Below are positions 57,201 through 64,000 of a stretch of 64,000 nt of DNA, one piece after another. Made by a program: the position numbers and the translations under genes. Origin of the DNA: Ostrea edulis (Eukaryota); assembly GCF_947568905.1 (NCBI RefSeq), contig NC_079168.1, forward strand, positions 89,776,001-89,840,000, read 5' to 3'. Each line of letters starts with the position of its first letter. Position 1 is the first letter of the stretch. The notes beneath the pieces were generated by a model. The model did no database searches and had not been told where the DNA came from. It was given only the letters and a program-made list of their open reading frames with translations.

Positions 57201-60138
57201 AGTATCACATCACACCGTGGTAAATAAGGGGTGCAGTGGTCATCATGTATCCTGTTGGTGGCCCTGGTGGTGCAACAGTAGGTGGGTGACCTATAGGTAA
57301 ACAATGTCGTTAAGAAAAGGAAAATCTCTGCCAAAAAATACTGGCCCTCTGGGTTCAGAGGTAGGGTGTATCACCTTACCATGTAAAACAAATCCAACTA
57401 TGGAAACCTAAAAAGGATTATGTGGCAGAGAGCAGGAAGAGGATGATAAGGTGACTGGCAGTCGCGAATTGTGAGCCGATCTCTCTACTTACCAGCACAG
57501 AGTGCAGATCCACCCCATACATGTCTAGCCATTTGACTTTGTCCAGGAATTTGTACTCTGCCTGACCAGGACTCATCCCACTAGATAACAGTAATCAGCA
57601 ATTAATTTATACATGCAATATCAGGACTGATAAAAACATTCTAAAGCTGGTTTTTAACTGCGTTCAGGTTTCGACAATCGAGTAAACTCCAAGTGTGTTT
57701 GAAGTAAGAAATTACTGTACCCAAGATGCTGATGAAATCTGGAGATTTGCTCCTCCAACTCCTGAGTTTGATTTGGGACAAAACGGAATTCTGAGACATA
57801 CCCGTCATAGCAAATTCTGGGGTTGTAATCACCGATCTCAGCTGAAATAAACAATTTTTTGAGAGGAAAGGCTTGCACATTTTTTTTTTTTTTTTTTTTT
57901 TTAACATCCAACACTTGACATATTTAAAAGACAAACCCATATACCTTGCACAGCAAAGGCAAATAACTCTGCAGCTTCATCAAAGGTTATGGGTAATCTC
58001 CCCTGAAGAATATCTCTTTTTATTTGTAGAAAGAACTGGTATCTGTACACAATAAACAACAGATGAGAAATACTTAGCAATATGTAACAAACAGTAAACA
58101 CGAATAAGGAATAAACTTAAATTTTTCCATAGATGTTTCCACTAATACATGTATTTAGAACATGGTTATTCTAATGCCCGAAAAGTGGAGTACTTTGAAA
58201 GTGATACAGTACATTTATCCACCATTTCCTAACATTCTACCACATGGGCTTCTTTTCATATTTTACCTGGTAATTTCCTCCTTTAATTTGCAAGGGTCAG
58301 GGGGATAAAATTTGACACCAAAATATAAAGTGTAAGGTTGACTGCATGCTGAAAGAGGAAACAGTCTGTATACATACATAGCATCGATAATCAAAATGCA
58401 GATGATGCATCACAAAGAAAGATTACTTATAAGAGAGAGAGAGAGTAGAAGACATTCTTTTTCATCTAATTCCCTTGGTAACTACCTGACCTTCAAGTCA
58501 TCTATGTTCTGTCAAATGATTGTCATCATAGTGAAACTCCATACAGAGAAGAGTTTTGTGAGAAATTTATATGTGTCTTTTGTTCCCCACATAATTTCCT
58601 GCACCTGTGTGGTGCCATGGCCGTAACCTTTGCTCGGAGACCACGACAGTTTTACATGAGGAACAAAAAAAAACCTCTTATGATGTGCAAGACCTTCACC
58701 GATAAGGATCTGTTGCATAAGAACAATTCATTTCAGACTGATGTGATGACATATCAATGAAAGTGACACTAAACATGCAATACTCATGCTTCAGGTTAAT
58801 GAAACATTACTCTCAGAATAAATGTTAGTTGCAATCAATACATACACTTTAACTGTGATGAAAGAGCTTTCTGTGGGTCTAGCCAATGCTAAAAAGAGAG
58901 AAAATACAAAATGCATTTGTGACACTTTATATGGTTCAGGATTTACCAGGTGCTGTAGCGAATCCTCACTCCACTCCCCATGATCCACCCTATAAAATGT
59001 TGAATCCTGATCATCCATCATTTGTGTACATAGAGAGTGAAGTCATTAATATCTGTATAGGTGTTAATGTTAATGTTAATGTTACAAAATTGTAGAAATC
59101 TAAATGTCATTTTTTTTAAAACTCAATAGATTTCCAAAAATCATGCGTACCATGGAGATCAAAATGTATGAAAGCATTGGCTTAAATATTCCCTAATCAT
59201 GATAATCACGTCTTTGAATGAAGACGTAAGAATTTCAATAATCCAATTAGTTCTTTAAATCTTACACAGTTTAACACATGTAGTGACCAAAGAAATAAGA
59301 AATTATACATCTTAAATGTAGAAATCAAAATCACATTTTCACAAAGCAATTTAATGGTATTATTTCCTTTTAAATCATCATGACTCCAGCATTCTTTCTT
59401 TGAAAAAGAATTACTCCAATAATATTTCTAAAGAGCAAGTGCCTTCTTTTGTAGATGAATGAAACTACAGTGTTGGTCTGGAATACCCAATTTCTGAGTT
59501 GCCCAATAGTTATTTCCCTTTTTGGAACTCTTACGCACAGTGAGATGCAAAACATACTTGTCGTCTACACGCGGTGGGTACAAATGATCATCGCTGCCTT
59601 CATATAAAGGCTGATTATCAGACATCATGCAACCACCCAAACTGCAGGGACACACAATATTAGTAGCTTAAGTTTATCAATATTTGATAATAAAATAGTT
59701 CAAACAAGCATAGATATAATCACCATTTTTCTTTTATTTAAATATCTATCAATGGCCTAATTCAATCAAATATTATTCTTGATATGGTCAGCTTAATGTA
59801 TACCAATGGCCGATATAAACAAAATTTACACTTTCATAACTCTTCTTGTTACCTACATCTTGTACCCATCCAAACATTCAGTAGAACACTGAGCGTACCT
59901 CCATCACAAAAGAGCTAATATTTTGGACAATACGCAACATATTGTAAAACATCAATACACACCAATTTGTAACAACTTCCTATAAGTTTGCTATGATAAA
60001 GTTTTAAGTTTTACTTCGGTGCCGCATACATACCGTTTGATCAGATTGATCCAAGAATCGCAAACCAAAGTAATCCTTCTCCACAAGGTTCAGGTGATCA
60101 AACACCTTTTCCAGCAAATTGGAGGATTTGGCACTTCC
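40007..60138 (-). CDS. EPB41L4A: Band 4.1-like protein 4A (NBL4)-like FERM protein, 5' end outside the window; exons 60138-60034, 58888-58846, 58348-58267, 58042-57945, 57841-57721, 57580-57493, 57153-57065, 56813-56750, 56433-56342, 55858-55793, 55232-55123, 54581-54503, 54388-54302, 53117-53007, 50216-50139, 49661-49545, 49424-49356, 49253-49173, 48238-48107, 47997-47919, 45725-45670, 45373-45311, 44542-44402, 41210-40007 (1084 aa visible)
   Basis: FERM motifs: [60 protein letters not shown]...[44 protein letters not shown]. 4A-type tail motifs: [15 protein letters not shown], and EELKQHI...LVDTEG...DIPYVKVET. All junctions are phase-consistent (3255 nt). The four exons from 47997 to 44402 are less certain. 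Confidence 0.88.
41866..43008. mobile_element. Head-to-tail dimer of a 571-bp element with a ~120-bp terminal hairpin and 15-bp subterminal inverted repeats
   Basis: gggttattgaacttatat starts at 41871 and 42442. Hairpin arms are ~55 bp. ttattatatagctaa / ttagctatataataa bound the body of each unit. Confidence 0.85.
43178..43915 (+). mobile_element. Pearl/HINE-like element with a ~165-bp satellite core x3 (Cg170-like) and ACRG microsatellite
   Basis: Starts agaggcccatgg. Core gatccc..ttgtggcccc..catgat..acaaacttgaatctgcactatgtcaggaagctttcatg occurs at ~43240, 43400 and 43565. Ends acagacagacggacaacaggcgatcagaaaagctc..ctcaggtgagctaaaa. Confidence 0.8.
45978..46201. mobile_element. MITE-like element with imperfect CAGGG...CCCTG TIRs
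   Basis: cagggtttgaagctaac versus gttaatttcgagccctg; no clear TSD. Confidence 0.5.
47341..47465. repeat. Short element with two interleaved inverted-repeat pairs
   Basis: aaaatcataaaaatg (47361-75) / catttttatgatttt (47428-42) and aagcctcggtcatc (47377-90) / gatgaccgaggctt (47443-56). Confidence 0.8.
48319..48866. repeat. 39-bp intronic minisatellite x14 (tagaacaaacctaatacctatctgacacttgaactggaa)
   Basis: Near-perfect tandem units starting ~80 nt upstream (in gene sense) of the exon at 48238. Confidence 0.97.
50452..50981. repeat. 48-bp intronic minisatellite x11 (atctgtgtgaacttcctgactagtacagtgaacatgtatctcatacac)
   Basis: Near-perfect tandem units; explains three repetitive ORFs. Confidence 0.97.
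50990..51210 (+). mobile_element. 3' end of a pearl/HINE element with (GACA/GACG)n microsatellite, followed by a poly-G run
   Basis: gactgacagacggacagactgacagacagacgg...ggtgattctagtatac...gcggggg. Confidence 0.6.
53240..53288 (-). CDS. EPB41L4A: Candidate alternative exon: duplicate of the 5' half of exon 53117-53007 ([16 protein letters not shown])
   Basis: Has its own acceptor tttgcag| and a GT donor, same entry phase; 9 synonymous and 1 non-synonymous differences from the main copy. Confidence 0.6.
54601..54736. repeat. Perfect 68-bp tandem duplication (intronic)
   Basis: attagtatacaggggattc...gctattatga begins at 54601 and 54669. Confidence 0.95.
55650..55777. repeat. ~60-bp tandem duplication (intronic)
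   Basis: ccagtaactgaaatagaccagccattg...ctgatgtttaaatga is repeated with a 60-bp period just downstream of the donor at 55793. Confidence 0.9.
58947..59641 (-). CDS. EPB41L4A: Candidate alternative N-terminal exons of the FERM gene (59641-59558 and 58989-58947)
   Basis: Good splice sites (ccctgcag|..|gtatgt; ttttatag|..|gtaaat). They encode [38 protein letters not shown] in frame with HWLDP at 58888. Confidence 0.55.
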
Positions 60139-63100
60139 CTGAAAAAATATCAAAATAATGTCTTGCTAATATGTGTCATCTTTACATTGTCATATTCACC
60201 CCCCAAAAATTTTTCACCCTGCCCCAATAACTACAGTACATCAATGTACTGACACTGTCAGTTTTACATGACCGTATTCACTCATAAAATACCTAGACCC
60301 TGCCTCAGTGCACACCCTGTGTCACCATACATCGGGAATCTATGCTCAACTATTAACATAACATTGTTTTAATAAACCTTAAGTTCATCTACTTGAGTTC
60401 CTCCATGAGCTCTCAGTAAAATCCTTAAGTTATCTGTAGTTATTCATCATCATCATTATCTCATGCAGTACCACAATTTTATTTTTATACACAAAAGGTC
60501 TATAAGCGTGGTCTTCATGGTCACCTAAGTATCATTCTATTGAACAAGCTTTTTCAATAAATTTCAAAGTTGAAGTAAATGGCATTAACAGAGTTACTAT
60601 GGTGACTTAAATCTTCCTCGTAGTAATTGCTTTTTCTGTTGATGAACTATAAGGATCAATCCCTGAGAAGACACATTCCATTACTATCAACTAGCTTAAC
60701 CCTATCCTTGGGCCGTAAGCCCATATCCTAATATTCTTTTCAGATAACCTTCGTCCTACTAGTTTATTTGTGGACACCATAACTATGTGAGCTGTTCACA
60801 TCTTAAATGATCAATCATTTTTCTGACCAATCTCTTGGAAAATTCATAATGGAACCCATAGCTGTTCTGCTTACAGGCGAACCACCAACAGCACCATCTA
60901 CAGCAGCTAGTTTATAAAGTGATTTAACGGGTAGAATTGAATTTGTACTTGTTGCTATATATCCTATTAAAATTCTGTGATTGTATCAATGTGAATAATT
61001 ATTTGAACTGAAGATCATAGAACACCACCAACAACAACACATGGTAGAAATCATAAATATTCATTATTATTCACTTAGACATAAGAGATGGTCGATTATC
61101 TTCACCTATGTGAAAATGTCTGTGCATCGACAGATTACACCGGTGCAAATTTGATGAATGACATAAAATTGGTACTATAGTTTAACAGTGTTGGCCATTC
61201 CAATACATCCTTCATGAATTCTTTCAATCTAACAACAAATGAAATACGATGAGACTTTTAAATAAATGGTGGTGTCTATTACAACTAATGACATCAGACA
61301 CCTTGTAGGAGTTACTGCAGTGTGAGGGACAGAGAGTCCAACCCAAATTATGACAAATTTCAAATCAATTTAAACTCCCAGTTTACAGAATTCCTTGTGG
61401 TAACTGAATGTTCTAAAAAGTCTTTAAAGCCCTTAAAAATCTCTTCAAAGCTTAACAGTACATCATATCTAAAGACTTCTATTGTTAAAATCTGTGAATA
61501 CCAAATTGCCTCTAAATGTTTGAAATTTTGAAGAAAAATTATAATTCTACACTTGAGCAATATCTATGATGTAGGTGCACAAAATTAGAGCTACGACTCA
61601 CATACTGTGAATTAATGATTTTAATCAACATGGCCATTATGCTTCATCACTCTATTGCAGCAAATTAAGCCTATGGTAAGTACACCCAAACACACAAATC
61701 CTTGACTAATGTTCCTCTATGTGTCATTTTTATCATCAGTGGGACATAAGTCATTTTTTTTCACAATGCAAGTTTACAACAGGAAGACATGTTAGTTAGT
61801 GCCGCTCACATTTATTTTATGTTCAGGTACACATTCACCAGGAAAGGGGAACAATACTGAACAGCAGACTGGATTTCAATTCTGCCAACATATTTCCTGG
61901 CAAACAGCCCTTATACTTTCTACATGTATCTCAGCAAAACATTTCATACACAAACACCCCAGTCACAATGTTTACTTTATGTAGGCATTTATAAACTTTT
62001 AGAAACAATATTCAAACTGGGCCATTCACCAAAGGTGTTCAGATATTCTAAACACATCTTTTCTGTATGGAATTTAGGGGTAGACCAACACAATACTGCA
62101 TTATATCTGTTTGTTACAATCAGCAGGGAGGCAGCTAACTTAAAGTTTCTTACAAATTTAACAGGACAAGTTATGACCACTCTGCATGATTGAACAGGAT
62201 TGCCAAGTACAACTATGAGGATACACGTCATTCAGTTTCTTTTTTTAATCATAAACAGAGCATTGGAGTTTGCTTGATTAACAAAAGTTAATTAATTCCT
62301 GAATTTGATGTAAAAAAAAAAATGATTACATTTTCAAATACCACAATACTGTGGATCGAATAGTCAGTGAAATTCATTCCAAAAGCTCAAACCCTGACAA
62401 TCTCTTATGAATTCAGAGCTCTAACTTTGGAGGGTCAACAGTCAGCATTTTACACCAATTAAGCCATTCTAAATGACTTGATAAAACTTTAGCTGTCTTG
62501 TATCGATGTTTTGTAACAGGCTCTTACTGAACCTATACTCAGCTCACAATGGTTACAATGACATCAAACTAAAAACTGATGCATGTTAGAAGTCATCTTA
62601 ACAATCTTCTATGGCACACTTTTTGAATTTAAAAAATAAATCCTACACACTTTGTAGAAAAACTCAAATTTGAGAAATCAATTGGACTAGCCGCATACTA
62701 AGGTATAATTTCCTGAAACTTAATCTTGCAAACATTTCAGATAAGTCAGATGTTTAATATTCAGCAGTAAATGAAGATTCTCCTGTATATATCATTAGAA
62801 GGGGTGTGTACATTAGACATAGTAGTTATACATGTATACACATACCAGGCTAGAGCCTGCACTAGACAACACAAAAATGACAACATAAGTGGGCCTGCTT
62901 TTACCTGTCACAGGTAGACACATACCTACAGCTGATGAGAAATCGGATAGCTGTGATAACTCTACATAAATTGCCACTTTTACACTCAACTTCCCCGATA
63001 GCATCTTGTCCATCACTAAAACTACTGTATTAAGACCCACGTATATCAATCAAAATGTCCCCTCTACAAATTGTGGAACAAATTATCACCTTTGAAAAGA

Positions 63101-64000
63101 GATATAGACTAATAAACAGAACGTTTTCACCTCAGATCTCCCCTTTCACCTAGTACATTAAATCCTACAGAAATAACACATCCCATGCATACACTGTAAC
63201 ATGAAGAGATTGTATTTTAAAGTAACCACAAAAATTTATTGTCAAATACTGTGAAGCAACCCAAAAGGGGTTTCAACTTCATATACCTTGCTGCAGATTG
63301 AACGAAATTCTTAATCCTCTGAAAGATCATATCAAACACAAAAAACCCAAAAAAACACCCAACATACCTTTCCCCTTTAAAATCTGCACATTTTCAAGTT
63401 CATTTCAAATTTATTTTAATTCATATAGTCATACATCAAAAGAAGTCATCATGGCATTTTGCAAATCCATTACATGGGATGATTCCACATAAATACACAG
63501 ATTAACTAATCAGGGGATCAAATCAGGTTTTTAAAAAAAAAAAATCAGTTTTTTTTCTTCATGATAATTAACCTTTGGTAATTAATAAATTACAAAGCAT
63601 AAAGATCAAAATAAAAACATGAAGGAATACAGTATCTTGGGACTCTAAATATTCAAAGTTTAACAAAAATTTAATCCTCATATTCTCGAGTCCTGACGGA
63701 ACATGTTACATTGGTCTGCATTTTATATAAACCGTGAGGTAACCATGTATTGTTGGGCCCCGACACAGAATGCATGCTGTTACAATGGGACTTCTTAAGA
63801 CGACTGATGTATTTGTCACTAACAATACCCACCCATCAGATGAAGATGAACAGATAGTGCACGTCCTTGTAGGAGCCCATAAAGAACCGCAAAATGTACA
63901 CCGGGAGTCATAAAACCCAGATAGAAAATATTCTGTTATTGTTAGGGTAAAATCTTGTGTCAAATTTAAAGAAACACTTATGTATATGCATTTTTTTTCC

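Noticed and set aside
60140-64000. First coding exon of the FERM gene
   Set aside because: No segment encoding the expected F1 start (C.V.LLD) with a phase-0 donor was found; probably beyond the right edge.

Overview
AT-rich, intron-rich animal genomic DNA with one assembly gap (18656-18811). The repeat families (pearl/HINE-like elements with ACRG microsatellites and ~165-bp satellite cores) suggest an oyster-like bivalve; this assignment is inference. Four protein-coding genes were reconstructed by hand from splice sites and reading phase. (1) The 5' part of an ACTMAP/C19orf54-like actin maturation protease (minus strand; 3 exons visible, runs off the left edge). (2) A complete 7-coding-exon, 460-aa gene (minus, 7542-16236) encoding signal peptide + FIH/JMJD5-type JmjC dioxygenase with an intact HxD...H triad + EF-hand + C-terminal HEEL, i.e. 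a predicted ER-luminal hydroxylase. (3) A ZNF532/592/687-family zinc-finger gene on the plus strand, divergent from gene 2, with an uninterrupted ~4.9-kb ORF and a 9x15-aa coding repeat. (4) An EPB41L4A/NBL4-like FERM gene (minus; 24 exons and 1084 aa visible, 5' end beyond the right edge). Gene 4 has two GC-AG introns, a duplicated exon segment with 9 synonymous versus 1 non-synonymous difference, and candidate internal alternative-start exons that replace most of FERM lobe F1. The intergenic and intronic DNA holds a frameshifted L2/CR1-group LINE, a truncated LINE, a 2.1-kb IS3EU-like element with palindromic subterminal arrays and a 6-bp TSD, a hairpin-ended tandem-dimer element, tRNA-derived SINE-like units, MITEs and many minisatellites. 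No database searches could be run; homology calls rest on motif recognition.
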